37,683 nt of DNA, taken from an uncultured archaeon. Its GTDB lineage: Archaea > Iainarchaeota > Iainarchaeia > Iainarchaeales > DTGL01. Positions 17,321 to 27,028 of the stretch are shown one piece after another. The notes under the pieces are model-generated. The model was not told the DNA's origin. It made no database searches and saw only the letters and a program-made list of their open reading frames with translations. Where the stretch lies: positions 1-37,683 of the forward strand of contig CAZKED010000009.1 of assembly GCA_964551725.1 (NCBI GenBank), read 5' to 3'. A program made the position numbers and the translations under genes. How positions within the stretch are numbered: the first letter of the stretch is position 1; each line of letters starts with the position of its first letter.

Positions 17321-20300
17321 ATGGCCGGGGAAAAGGAAGAAAAAAGGGAAAAAGCCGTGGAAGTCAAGCGCGAGGAAGCAAAGCCGGACATGTTCGACGA
17401 AGTGTTCGGCATAGACGAGGAAAAGGAAAAAGCGCAAATTAAAATAAACGAAATGGTCGAGGAGGAAAAGGAAAAAATAAACCGCATCTCCGAGCTGAGG
17501 AAAAAATACTCAAAAAAACAAAAAGCGGGAAAACCCGGCGGAGAAGCCGGGGAAAAAGAAGCGGAAGAGGAAAAGCCCGCAGAGGAAGCAGGAGAAGAAC
17601 CGGAAGAAGGACCCGCAGAGGAAGCAGGAGAAGAACCGGAAGAAGGACCCGGAGAGGAAGCAGAGAAAGAGCCCGAAAAAATGGGGGAAGCCGGCGGGGA
17701 GCCTGCAAGAGCCGAAGAAACCGGAGAAGAAAAAACCCCCGGGAAAAAAGGGGAAAAGCCCGCAGAAAAGGAAAAAAAGGAAAAGAAAAAACAGGAAGAA
17801 AAAAAGGGGGAGAAAAAGCCCCCGGAAAAGAAGGGAATGGGAGAAACGCCGGCAGGGGAGCCGGTTGAAACAGTGCAGTTTCCGCAGAAAGAGGAGCTCA
17901 AAATAAAGCCCGCCCTGCAGTTTTTGGGGGGCGAGCAGGGGAATGAATCGTTCATAGGAAGGAAAAAATCGGTATTCGAGCAGTACAAGGACGAAGCCGG
18001 GCTTTTCATAGGAGAGGTTGAAGAGGAAGAATTCCCGAAAAACAAGGTATTGTTAGACAGCCTGAACCCGCACGTGATATTCGTGTGCGGTGCCCGCGGT
18101 TCGGGAAAAAGCTATGCAATGGGAGTAATGGCGGAGGAACTCGCAAGAAACAACAAAAACGTGGGCGTAATAGTCATTGACCCCGTGGGAGTGTTCTGGA
18201 GCATGCGCTTTCCCAATAGGGAGAAAAAGGAGGTTGAAGCGCTGGGGGAATGGGGCCTGAAGCCGCAGGGGCTGGACAACATATGCGTTTTCATTCCAAA
18301 AGGAGCCAAAAAGCAGACTCCCCCAGGCACTTACGACGACACTTTTTCAGTGAAGCCATCCATCCTCACAGCGCACGACTGGTGCCTCACATTCGGCATT
18401 GACCGCTTCAGCCCGACGGGACTGCTCCTCGAAAAGGCATTGCACAAAGTAAGGCACGGCTACAAAACAACCGAGGGAAAAAAGGTACAGGGGAAGGGAA
18501 ACAATTATTCTCTCGACGACGTAAACGCCTGCCTTTCCTCCGACGCAGAACTGAATTCACGGGAAACCGGATACAAGAGCGATTCAATACGCGCATTGGT
18601 GAGCAGGTTCGCGGCAGCGGAAAGCTGGGGAATCCTGGGCGTGGAAGGCACTCCCCTAAACCATCTGAGCAAGGGGGGTCAGCTCACAATAATCGATACA
18701 TCTTTCCTTGACGATATTGTTACAGCGCTCGTAATCGGCCTGCTTGCAAGGAGAACGCTTGCAGCGAGGAAAATTTCCATGAGGAAAGAGGCAGCGACAA
18801 GGCTTGAAACCGCGAGAGCCGAGGACATTGCAGAAATAGAAATTCCCCCCACATGGATGTTTATAGACGAAGCCCACACGCTTATTCCCAGCGGAACAAT
18901 AAAAACCCCAGCCACCGACGCGCTTGTGGAATACGTAAAGCAGGGGCGCGGACCCGGCTGCTCCATTGTTTTCGCAACACAACAGCCCTCTGCGATAGAC
19001 ATTAAAATATTGAGCCAGTTGGACATTATTTTATGCCACAAGCTAGTGTTCAACGACGACGTAAAGGCCGTTTTCAAAAGAATGCCCAGCATTATCCCGC
19101 ACGCCTACAAAACAGGCAATTTCATTAAAACAATCCCCATTGGCTCGTGCCTCGTCGGCGACAGGCGGGAGGAAACCTCCCGCGCTTTCGTAATGAAAAT
19201 AAGACCGAGGATGAGCCAGCACGAGGGCAGGGAAGCGGAAACAGTGGAAGTGAAAAAAAAGCTCAGCAACGAGAAAGTGCTCGAGCTCATTGTCGGACTG
19301 TACTGGGGAAAGCTCAGGAGAATGCATTCAGTGCTCTTGAAGGACATAGAGCGCGAGGTGGGGGACTTCAATTCAAGGTACAGTTCCTCGGTCGCCCTGG
19401 AACAGGTGGTAGAGGCGCTAAGGGAAAAAGGCGGAATTTTTGACGAAAAGCACTCGCGCTTCATACTGCCCGAGGAAAGGCAAAAACCCAGGGAGGAAGA
19501 AGTCGAAGTGCTGGCGGAGGAAAAGGAAATAACAGAGCAGGGAACAGAGGAAGCGGGAAAGGCAAAAATTCCGGGGGAAAAAGTTGAAGCGGTGCCCGCG
19601 GCGCCCAGCGAACTCCTCCTGTCTTTCGCTGCAAAAATGGGGCAAAAGCAGGCGAGAAAGTTAGTGCTCAAGAACGCGAAGGGAAAGCTCCTCGGGCTGT
19701 TCGGGGGGGAGGAAAGAATCAAAGACCTGCGCTTGACCAATGTGCCTATTTACAAAGTGGAATTCAACTACTTCAGGGACAGGAATGCCTTTGTGCAGGG
19801 CGTTCTGTTCATAAACTCCCTGAGCGGGGAATTCCTGCACCACGAAAAGAAATCCTTCGTGGAATCCTCGGGGCTCGGGGAACTATACTCGCTGAGCAGA
19901 GAGGAAATAATTCTCATAAGCTATCTGAAGAAGAAGAAACCGCTCGGGGAAATCGAAAAGTTAGTGCCATACAACGAGAGAAAAATGAAAAGGATGCTGA
20001 ATTCCCTCGTGGAGAAGGGTCTTGTGGAAAAGGAGAAAAAGAATTCCACGGAATACTTTTCCTGGAAAATGAAATTCGACCTGCCCAGCACTCCGTTGCA
20101 CCCGCTGCTTTCCTCGATTGAAAAAATCCCGCTCTCTGAAAGCGATGTATTGCTCAGGGTGAAGGAAAAATATTCCAAGAAGGACGCCTCGGAACTGCTC
20201 AGGAAGATATGGCCGAAGCTCGTTGTTAAAAAAATCGAGGAAATCTACTGGCCCGCTTACGAGGGAATTCTCGAGGACGACGAAGGAAACACGCGCTCGG

Positions 20301-20341
20301 TGCTCATTGATGCGGTAACGGGAAAAAGGTTCAGCCTCTGA
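17321..20341 (+). CDS. HerA/FtsK-superfamily (DUF87) ATPase with disordered N-terminus and C-terminal wHTH-containing region
   Basis: Walker A GARGSGKS, IDPVG, Walker B MFIDEAH, QGR, ATQQP; start placed at MAGEKEE. Confidence 0.82.
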   Translation: MAGEKEEKREKAVEVKREEAKPDMFDEVFGIDEEKEKAQIKINEMVEEEKEKINRISELRKKYSKKQKAGKPGGEAGEKEAEEEKPAEEAGEEPEEGPAEEAGEEPEEGPGEEAEKEPEKMGEAGGEPARAEETGEEKTPGKKGEKPAEKEKKEKKKQEEKKGEKKPPEKKGMGETPAGEPVETVQFPQKEELKIKPALQFLGGEQGNESFIGRKKSVFEQYKDEAGLFIGEVEEEEFPKNKVLLDSLNPHVIFVCGARGSGKSYAMGVMAEELARNNKNVGVIVIDPVGVFWSMRFPNREKKEVEALGEWGLKPQGLDNICVFIPKGAKKQTPPGTYDDTFSVKPSILTAHDWCLTFGIDRFSPTGLLLEKALHKVRHGYKTTEGKKVQGKGNNYSLDDVNACLSSDAELNSRETGYKSDSIRALVSRFAAAESWGILGVEGTPLNHLSKGGQLTIIDTSFLDDIVTALVIGLLARRTLAARKISMRKEAATRLETARAEDIAEIEIPPTWMFIDEAHTLIPSGTIKTPATDALVEYVKQGRGPGCSIVFATQQPSAIDIKILSQLDIILCHKLVFNDDVKAVFKRMPSIIPHAYKTGNFIKTIPIGSCLVGDRREETSRAFVMKIRPRMSQHEGREAETVEVKKKLSNEKVLELIVGLYWGKLRRMHSVLLKDIEREVGDFNSRYSSSVALEQVVEALREKGGIFDEKHSRFILPEERQKPREEEVEVLAEEKEITEQGTEEAGKAKIPGEKVEAVPAAPSELLLSFAAKMGQKQARKLVLKNAKGKLLGLFGGEERIKDLRLTNVPIYKVEFNYFRDRNAFVQGVLFINSLSGEFLHHEKKSFVESSGLGELYSLSREEIILISYLKKKKPLGEIEKLVPYNERKMKRMLNSLVEKGLVEKEKKNSTEYFSWKMKFDLPSTPLHPLLSSIEKIPLSESDVLLRVKEKYSKKDASELLRKIWPKLVVKKIEEIYWPAYEGILEDDEGNTRSVLIDAVTGKRFSL
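17576..17683 (+). repeat. 36-bp in-frame tandem repeat (2 exact copies + 1 degenerate) encoding PAEEAGEEPEEG
   Basis: CCCGCAGAGGAAGCAGGAGAAGAACCGGAAGAAGGA at 17576 and 17612; degenerate copy from 17648. Confidence 0.9.
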
Positions 20342-20963
20342 ATTTTTCCCCGTCCGCGAGGTTTTTTGAAACAACCGCGCCCGGGAAAATGAAGCAGTTC
20401 ATTCCCACTATAACGCCGCAGTCAATGCTGGCGTTGATTCCAATTTTCGTGCCCGATTTCACCAATGCGCCGAGTTTGCGCCTCCCCGAATCGTAAAGCT
20501 TTCCTGAAATTCCAACGCTCACGTTTTTTTCATCAAACCTGAGATTGGCAACCTTGGCGCCGGCACCAAAATTCACTTTCTCGCCGATAATTGAATCCCC
20601 TATGTAGGAGTAATGCGGTGCGTTTGAACCCGCGAGGACGAGCGAGTTCTTTATTTCCGAGCTCCCTATGTGGCAGTTGTCCGCTATTATAACAGGACCG
20701 CGAAGAAATGCATTCGGTCCGATAACGCAGTTTTCGCCCACGAAAACGTTTCCCTCTATCACCGACCCATTCTTCACAACAGAACCCTTTCCGAGGCAGA
20801 GTTTTCCCTTTATTTCGACATTTCCCTCGGTGCGCCCCTTCCACAGGTCGGGGAATTTTCCGGAGAACTCCTCCAGTTCCTCTAACAGTTTCCAGTAGGG
20901 AAACTCTCCCTTCACGGCAATCTGCATTCTCGCCTTTTCAATGAACGCGAACACGTCTTTCAT
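20331..20963 (-). CDS. Hexapeptide-repeat acetyltransferase (C-terminal half of archaeal GlmU)
   Basis: Left-handed beta-helix repeats, IGPNAFLR, HYSYIGDSIIG..VNFGAG..ANLRFD, GRRKLGA; no nucleotidyltransferase domain. Confidence 0.8.
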   Translation of the reverse strand: MKDVFAFIEKARMQIAVKGEFPYWKLLEELEEFSGKFPDLWKGRTEGNVEIKGKLCLGKGSVVKNGSVIEGNVFVGENCVIGPNAFLRGPVIIADNCHIGSSEIKNSLVLAGSNAPHYSYIGDSIIGEKVNFGAGAKVANLRFDEKNVSVGISGKLYDSGRRKLGALVKSGTKIGINASIDCGVIVGMNCFIFPGAVVSKNLADGEKFRG

Positions 20964-22312
20964 TCTCCCACCTCTTTTTTTATTTCCGCGGCAATTTCCT
21001 CGGCAAACCCCTTTGTTTTCTCGGCATTCCGCCCCTCGACCATGACCCTCGCCAGGTTTTCCGTTCCCGAATACCGCACAAGCACCCTTCCCTGTTTTCC
21101 CAGCCCCTTTTCCGCCGCGGAGATCTTCTCCCTCACGGCGCGCATTTTCCCAAACGGCTTTTTTTCACTGACCCGCACGTTCACCAGAACCTGCGGCACG
21201 CTTTCCGCGATTCCCGCCAGCTCGGAAAGATTCCTGCCGGATTCCTTTAAAATCCTTGCAAGCTGCAGCGCGCTTATTATTCCGTCGCCCGTTGCGGAAT
21301 ATTCCTTGAAAATTATGTGACCCGACTGTTCCCCGCCCAAAACCGCGGAATTGCGGCGCATTGCCTCCATTACGAATTTGTCTCCGACTTTGACCCTTTC
21401 CACTTTTACTCCGAGGGCATTCATTGCAATGTCGAGTCCCACATTGCTCATCTGCGTTGCGATTATCTTTTTGTTTTTCAGCCTTCCCTGAGAAAGCAAA
21501 TTCTTTGCAAAAATCGCGAGAAGCTGGTCGCCGTCCACTATTTCACCACACTCATCGCACACAATCAGCCTGTCAGCGTCTCCGTCGAGTGCGACGCCGA
21601 AATCCGCTTTGTGCTCGAGAACAGCGCGCTGTATTACCTCGGGGTGCAGCGCACCGCAGTCCAGGTTAATGTTTAATCCATCCGGTTTATCGTTGAGCAC
21701 AACTGTCTCAGCACCCAATTCGGAGAAAACGCTGGGCGCAATGCTGTACGCTGAACCATTGGCGCAGTCGAGCACGATTTTGAGACCCGTGAGCGGTGCG
21801 CTGGAAACCGACTGCTTTGTGAATTCAATGTACCTGCCCCTTGCATCCTTGACGCGGAATGCCTTTCCCAGTTTTTTTCCGCCGCTGCCTGGTCCTGTTT
21901 CCTCCGAAAGGAGCAGTTCCTCTATTCTGGATTCCGCGCGCTCGCCCAGCTTGTATCCTTCCGTGCCGAAAATTTTTATTCCGTTGTCCTGCGCGGGATT
22001 GTGCGATGCGGAAATGACAATGCCGGCATCGCAGTTCAGTGATTTTGTCAGGTGCGATATTGCGGGAGTGGGCATTGGTCCAACCAAAAGAACGTCGACC
22101 CCCATTGAAATAATTCCCGCGGTCAGAGCGGATTCAATCATATAACCCGAAAGGCGGGTGTCCTTTCCTATTACAATCCTGTGACCCCTGCGCGCGTTTT
22201 TTTTACTGAAATAAAGCGCAACCGCTTTGCCGACGCGCATGCATGTTTCGGGAGTCATCGGCGGGGCATTCGCCCTCCCGCGGATTCCGTCCGTTCCGAA
22301 CACTTTACCCAT
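20960..22312 (-). CDS. glmM: Phosphoglucosamine mutase
   Basis: FGTDGIRG, SASHNP, DGDADR, GGEQSGH and RYSGTE motifs. Confidence 0.93.
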   Translation of the reverse strand: MGKVFGTDGIRGRANAPPMTPETCMRVGKAVALYFSKKNARRGHRIVIGKDTRLSGYMIESALTAGIISMGVDVLLVGPMPTPAISHLTKSLNCDAGIVISASHNPAQDNGIKIFGTEGYKLGERAESRIEELLLSEETGPGSGGKKLGKAFRVKDARGRYIEFTKQSVSSAPLTGLKIVLDCANGSAYSIAPSVFSELGAETVVLNDKPDGLNINLDCGALHPEVIQRAVLEHKADFGVALDGDADRLIVCDECGEIVDGDQLLAIFAKNLLSQGRLKNKKIIATQMSNVGLDIAMNALGVKVERVKVGDKFVMEAMRRNSAVLGGEQSGHIIFKEYSATGDGIISALQLARILKESGRNLSELAGIAESVPQVLVNVRVSEKKPFGKMRAVREKISAAEKGLGKQGRVLVRYSGTENLARVMVEGRNAEKTKGFAEEIAAEIKKEVGE

Positions 22313-22317
22313 TCAGA

Positions 22318-24069
22318 TTACCTCACCGTTACAACTTTTGCGAGATTGCGCGGCTTGTCCGGGTCAAGCCCCTTTTTTACCGCCAGATAGTACGCCAGAA
22401 GCTGTATTGGAACAATCATTGCAATCGGGTCTGCACTCGCACAATCCGGCACTTTGATGAAATCGTCGAAAAGCGGGTTGTTTTCTGAGCCGATGCCAAG
22501 AATGAACGCCCCTCTTGCCTTCACTTCCATTGCATTGCTGAGAATTTCCTTTTTCGTGCGCCGGGTGGACAGGACTATTACCGGAACGCCCTTTTCAACC
22601 AAAGCAATCGTGCCGTGCTTCAGTTCCGCGCCGGCGAATCCCTCCGCGTGAATGTAGCTGACTTCCTTTATTTTCAGCGCTCCCTCCATTGCCGAGGGAA
22701 AAGCCAAATCCCTACCTATAAGGAAGCAGTCTTTTTGCACTGAGAGTTTTCCGGCAAGCGCTTTCGCCTTTTTCTCCGCGCTTTCAATTATTGCGGGCAG
22801 CCTGCCGGCGGTTTTGTTCAGCAGTTTTTTTCCCTCTCCGGGCTTTCCGGCAAGTGAGTAAGCGAGGAGCAGGAGTACGGCGAGCTGCGCCGTATATGTT
22901 TTTGTGGAGAGAACGCATATTTCCGGACCGGAGTTCATCATTATTGTTTCGTCGCTTAACCTTGTCAGCATTGAACCCATGACGTTCACCACTGAAATCA
23001 CTTTCGCGCCCTTTCCCCGCGCAATCCTGACGGCATCAAGCAGGTCTGCTGTTTCCCCGCTCTGCGATACCGCTACAACCAGCGTTCCCTTGGTCAAAAA
23101 ATCCCTGTAGTTGGGGAATTCCGATGCGAGCACTGTGTTAACGTGCATTTTCGCTATTTCCGCGAACTCGTAGGACGCTGAAACACAGGCGTGGAAGGAA
23201 GTGCCGCAGCCGATGAAAAACACGCCTTCGGCTTCGCGGAGCATTTTTGTAACGCGCCCGAGCAGTTTAGGGTCCTGCTTTACGGCGAGCCTGACTGTTT
23301 CTGGCTGTTCGTGTATTTCCTTGAGCATGAAGTGCGGGAATGCCCCTTTTTCCGCCTGTGCAATCGTCCAGGAAATCGTGTGAACGTTCTTTTTCTTTTC
23401 CCTGTAGGATTGGATGTCGTAAAAGCGCGGTGCATTGTTCACTTCAACCATTTCGTTCTCGTCCAGGTAAATCACCCGCTTTGTTTTTTCGAGGAATGCC
23501 GGCGCGTCCGAGGCGATGAACGTGCCTTCCTCTGCAACGCCGACCACGAGAGGCGAGCCCCGCCTCGCGCCGAGCAACACATCGCTGTCGGAGTGAATCG
23601 CCAGGACAGCGAAATGCCCCTCCAGTTCAAGCAGTGCCTGCCTGAACGCGTCCCGGAAATTGCTTCCCTTTCCCATAAAGTATTCTATCAGCAGAGGAAC
23701 GGTTTCGGTGTCCGTGTCTGTTGAAAACCTGAAACCCTTTTTCTGAAGAAATGCCCTGAGTTCCTGGAAGTTTTCAATGATTCCGTTGTGCACCACTGCA
23801 ATCTTTCCGTCGCTGGAATAATGCGGGTGCGCGTTGTCGTCAGTGACCTGACCGTGCGTAGCCCAGCGGGTGTGCCCGACCGCTGTTCCTGCCGCGGGAA
23901 TGCCGGGCATTTTTTCGGGCAGTTTCCCCTTCTTTTTCACAACCTTGATCGGATTCTGCCTCAGGGCAATGCCCCAGCTGTCATAGCCGCGGTATTCAAG
24001 CTTCCTGAGGCTGTTGAACACAAGCACGGAGGCATTCTCCTTTCCCTTGAAACCGGCGATTCCGCACAT
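22318..24069 (-). CDS. glmS: Glutamine--fructose-6-phosphate aminotransferase
   Basis: MCGI start, EYRGYDS, GHTRWATHG, SQSGET, LKHG, PRNLAK. Confidence 0.96.
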   Translation of the reverse strand: MCGIAGFKGKENASVLVFNSLRKLEYRGYDSWGIALRQNPIKVVKKKGKLPEKMPGIPAAGTAVGHTRWATHGQVTDDNAHPHYSSDGKIAVVHNGIIENFQELRAFLQKKGFRFSTDTDTETVPLLIEYFMGKGSNFRDAFRQALLELEGHFAVLAIHSDSDVLLGARRGSPLVVGVAEEGTFIASDAPAFLEKTKRVIYLDENEMVEVNNAPRFYDIQSYREKKKNVHTISWTIAQAEKGAFPHFMLKEIHEQPETVRLAVKQDPKLLGRVTKMLREAEGVFFIGCGTSFHACVSASYEFAEIAKMHVNTVLASEFPNYRDFLTKGTLVVAVSQSGETADLLDAVRIARGKGAKVISVVNVMGSMLTRLSDETIMMNSGPEICVLSTKTYTAQLAVLLLLAYSLAGKPGEGKKLLNKTAGRLPAIIESAEKKAKALAGKLSVQKDCFLIGRDLAFPSAMEGALKIKEVSYIHAEGFAGAELKHGTIALVEKGVPVIVLSTRRTKKEILSNAMEVKARGAFILGIGSENNPLFDDFIKVPDCASADPIAMIVPIQLLAYYLAVKKGLDPDKPRNLAKVVTVR

Positions 24070-24138
24070 AAAAAGCACCTTAAACAAGAATAAAAGACTA
24101 GAAATAGGGCGAGGAAAAGAATAAAAACATTCCCAAAT

Positions 24139-24161
24139 ACTATTATTAAATAAATAATAGT
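24139..24161. promoter_or_regulatory. Inverted repeat, putative operator between divergent glmS and regulator
   Basis: ACTATTATT-AAATA-AATAATAGT. Confidence 0.55.
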
Positions 24162-24182
24162 GGTAAAAAATATTTAGGGGAA

Positions 24183-25154
24183 GTGTTTTTTGTGGCGGAT
24201 TTTCTGCTCCTTGAAAAAAACGGAAAGCAGTTTAAAGTGCCGACAAAAAGAGTCGAGGACATCCGCAGCATTAAGCCTTTGCTCAGCGAAAAGGGCTGGC
24301 GCATATACAACGAGCTGGCACGGAAGGAATCTTACCCCGGCGAAATCGCGAAAAAACTAAAAATGCCGCAGCAGGAGGCATACTATTATTTCAACCAGCT
24401 GAAAAACGCCGGGCTTATCGACGTAACGAAAAAGGAGGAAAGGCGCGGCGGACTTGCAAAATTCTATTCCACGAAAGAAGCGTCTTTTTCCCTGGTTCCG
24501 GCGTTCAGGGAAATGGAGAAGAAGAGCGATTTTGTATTTGCACAGGGCGCGAAGAGCGAACTGCAGCCCGGCATAGGGAAATTCTTCTCGCCCTTCATTG
24601 AAAAGGGCACGCTCAACGCGAAAATTGTTGTCGGAGCGCCGGACTCACACGGAGAATTCAAGGCAAGAGCGCGGGACGCGCACCTGGCGACGGAATTCGC
24701 GTGCTTTCTGGGCTCGCTCGCCGAGAAAATCAGGTTCCCGCTCGTTTTCTTGGACACGATGGTGCCGGAGCTGCGGCAGGAAAATTCAAACCTTGTCGTA
24801 ATAGGCGGACCCATCACGAACAAGACAAGCAACGAGTTGATGGAATTCCTGCCCGTGAAATTCATTCAAACAAACGGCAACTGGACAATTGAATCAGAGC
24901 TGTCCGGCAAGCAGTATGTCGAGGATTCAATTGGCGTAATAGAAAAAATCCCGCACCCGTTCCACGACGACAAAAGCATTTTGTTCCTAGCGGGCAAGAG
25001 GAACGTGGGAACAAAGGCGGCAATACTCGCGCTGATGCAGGAAACCGAGTCAATTATACGCCCAAACCCTTTCGGAAAAAAGCACGCCCGCGTTGTCGAA
25101 GGGTTGGACCTTGACAGCGACGGCCAGATTGACCACGTGGAAATAAAGGAATGA
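24183..25154 (+). CDS. ArsR-like wHTH transcriptional regulator with C-terminal putative ligand-binding domain
   Basis: YPGEIAKKLKMPQQEAYYYFNQLKNAGLI HTH; C-terminal NLVVIGGPITN motif. Confidence 0.75.
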   Translation: MFFVADFLLLEKNGKQFKVPTKRVEDIRSIKPLLSEKGWRIYNELARKESYPGEIAKKLKMPQQEAYYYFNQLKNAGLIDVTKKEERRGGLAKFYSTKEASFSLVPAFREMEKKSDFVFAQGAKSELQPGIGKFFSPFIEKGTLNAKIVVGAPDSHGEFKARARDAHLATEFACFLGSLAEKIRFPLVFLDTMVPELRQENSNLVVIGGPITNKTSNELMEFLPVKFIQTNGNWTIESELSGKQYVEDSIGVIEKIPHPFHDDKSILFLAGKRNVGTKAAILALMQETESIIRPNPFGKKHARVVEGLDLDSDGQIDHVEIKE

Positions 25155-25160
25155 TTACGC

Positions 25161-26348
25161 TCACTCCCTTTTCCTGCCGAGGTAAACCCTTACATTCTCT
25201 CCCTTCACCGCGTGCCCGAGCACTTTTTTTGTCAGTTCAGGGCTCCACTCCCCTGCGTTAAGCTTTTTCGCGAGCTCGTAATAGTTAATGTCAAGGACCT
25301 CGTCAGTCCTGCCGGCTTTATCAAGCAGTTTCCTTATTTCGGAGCGTTCTTCTGGGGGGAAGCTTAACTTGGGATAAGAGCGAATCCTGGCGGTGAAATC
25401 GCTTCCCGCCACGTTCTCAACCGAATGCTGCTTCGAGTATTCGAGCAGGTCTTTTTTTGCAGCATCAATGTCTGGCTCTATTTTTTCGAGGAATTCGCGC
25501 TTTAACGCGTCCAAATGAACGTACCTGTTCACAAGTTTCACGCCGGCGTCCCTGCGGAATTCTTTCGCCGGCATTTCCGCGGTTTCGAGCAAATGCTTCT
25601 GCCTCGGGCAGTGCTCGGCGTACTCGCACCAGGAGCAGAGCGCCGACTCCCTAGGGGGAAATTTTTCCTGCTCCTTTGCGCACTCGATTGAATCAATGAG
25701 CACGCATATGCTTTTTTTCAGTTCCTCGAGCTGCTGCTCCGAGCGCGAAGAGCGCATTTCTTTTCCTATGCTGAGGTAATGCCACACCAGGTCAACGCGT
25801 TCCGCGTCCGGGTATTTCTCCCTTACCGAGATTGAGTACAATGCAAGCTGCCTGTCCTCGTCAAGTTCCTCCTGACTCGGGGCATTGAGGCTTGTCTTGT
25901 AGTCGTGTATTTCGTAGAGGTCTCCTGCAAGTGAAAGCCTGTCTATGAAGCCCTGGAGCTCGTAGCCGTCGCCGAGATTAATGCGCACCCTTTCCTCCAG
26001 GGCGAGGGTTTTTGCCTGGTCAAAGGGCTTGTATTGGTCGAAGTATTCGGAAATATATTTTTTCCCCATTTTTTTGTAGTTTTCCGCGGAATATTCTTTT
26101 CTCACTATTTTAATGTCCTGGTGCCAGTTTTTGTCCCACTGCGCGGAGTAGAATTCCAGCAGTTCTTCAAGTGAATCATTCTTCTGGAAGCGCTTGTCTT
26201 TGTAGAGTTTTTCCAGTGCCTCGTGCACTCTTGAGCCCATGAAGGATTCAATTCCCTCCACCGCGCTTTCCATTTTGTCAATGTACTTGAACCTGAATTT
26301 CAGCGGGCAGTTCTCGAACGTTCCGAGCCGTGAATGCGAGTAAATCAT
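25161..26348 (-). CDS. PD-(D/E)XK RecB/AddB/Cas4-like nuclease with putative [4Fe-4S] cysteines
   Basis: YSHSRL..FENCP, GSRVH, GFIDR, DYKT, QLALY, CSWC....HCP. Confidence 0.85.
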   Translation of the reverse strand: MIYSHSRLGTFENCPLKFRFKYIDKMESAVEGIESFMGSRVHEALEKLYKDKRFQKNDSLEELLEFYSAQWDKNWHQDIKIVRKEYSAENYKKMGKKYISEYFDQYKPFDQAKTLALEERVRINLGDGYELQGFIDRLSLAGDLYEIHDYKTSLNAPSQEELDEDRQLALYSISVREKYPDAERVDLVWHYLSIGKEMRSSRSEQQLEELKKSICVLIDSIECAKEQEKFPPRESALCSWCEYAEHCPRQKHLLETAEMPAKEFRRDAGVKLVNRYVHLDALKREFLEKIEPDIDAAKKDLLEYSKQHSVENVAGSDFTARIRSYPKLSFPPEERSEIRKLLDKAGRTDEVLDINYYELAKKLNAGEWSPELTKKVLGHAVKGENVRVYLGRKRE

Positions 26349-26354
26349 TTCAGT

Positions 26355-26651
26355 TCACGCTACAATTTTTATTGAATTCTTTTCCGGGATGAGGGTAACG
26401 CTTCCGTTCTTTTTCAGCCCGTATTTTTTTGCAAGTTCTTTGGGAAAACGCATTGCGAGGCTCTCGCCCCACTTGCTTATTTTTACCCTGAATTTTTTCA
26501 TTTCGGTGTATTTCTTTGCAACTTCCTCCAGCTGGTCCATTGTGAGTATTTCTTCGCCGCATCTGGTGCAGGAAAAGTAAGAGTAGTCAACCGATTCAAG
26601 GGTCTTTCCTCTCTTTTCAACCATTTTACCGGAACATTTAGCGCATTTCAT
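26355..26651 (-). CDS. Putative antitoxin: Zn-ribbon (YgiT/MqsA-like) fused to AbrB/MazE DNA-binding domain
   Basis: CAKC...CTRCGEE, then KISKWGESLAMRFPKELAKKYGL. Confidence 0.78.
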   Translation of the reverse strand: MKCAKCSGKMVEKRGKTLESVDYSYFSCTRCGEEILTMDQLEEVAKKYTEMKKFRVKISKWGESLAMRFPKELAKKYGLKKNGSVTLIPEKNSIKIVA

Positions 26652-26884
26652 TTTTTCATCCTCTTTTCAACCGTCACTATTTTCAGGGTGTTTCTGCAGA
26701 ACTCATCAACGCATATTATTGTGAACTTCCTGAACTCCTTCTCAATTTTTGCCCTGTTTTTTCCCATTATTTTTATTTTTCCTGTTTTAACCGCATTGAA
26801 AACCAATTCAATTGGAATGCTCCTCCTGTTGGCCCTGTCGAATGCGTGCCTTGAAATCTCTATGCGGAGATGGTTCCTCTTCAA
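26648..26884 (-). CDS. Putative toxin, DUF4258-like RNase
   Basis: ISRHAFDRANRRSI...IVTV pattern; overlaps the antitoxin by 4 nt. Confidence 0.68.
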   Translation of the reverse strand: MKRNHLRIEISRHAFDRANRRSIPIELVFNAVKTGKIKIMGKNRAKIEKEFRKFTIICVDEFCRNTLKIVTVEKRMKK

Positions 26885-26920
26885 GAAACCACCCCATCAA
26901 ACAAAGGTTGGAAAGATATT

Positions 26921-26934
26921 AAAAGATATCTTTT
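26921..26934. promoter_or_regulatory. Palindromic operator of the TA module
   Basis: Perfect palindrome AAAAGATATCTTTT upstream of 26884. Confidence 0.55.
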
Positions 26935-27028
26935 GATATTATTCTCTCTCAGCAGCATTTGAACCTGAAATAACGGGGGGGAATACCAATTTAAATGCCC
27001 CGAGACCTAGGTTCCCCTAAAAAAGACC

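Noticed and set aside
17576-17683. 36-bp repeat as a CRISPR repeat
   Set aside because: Copies are head-to-tail without spacers and in frame within a CDS.
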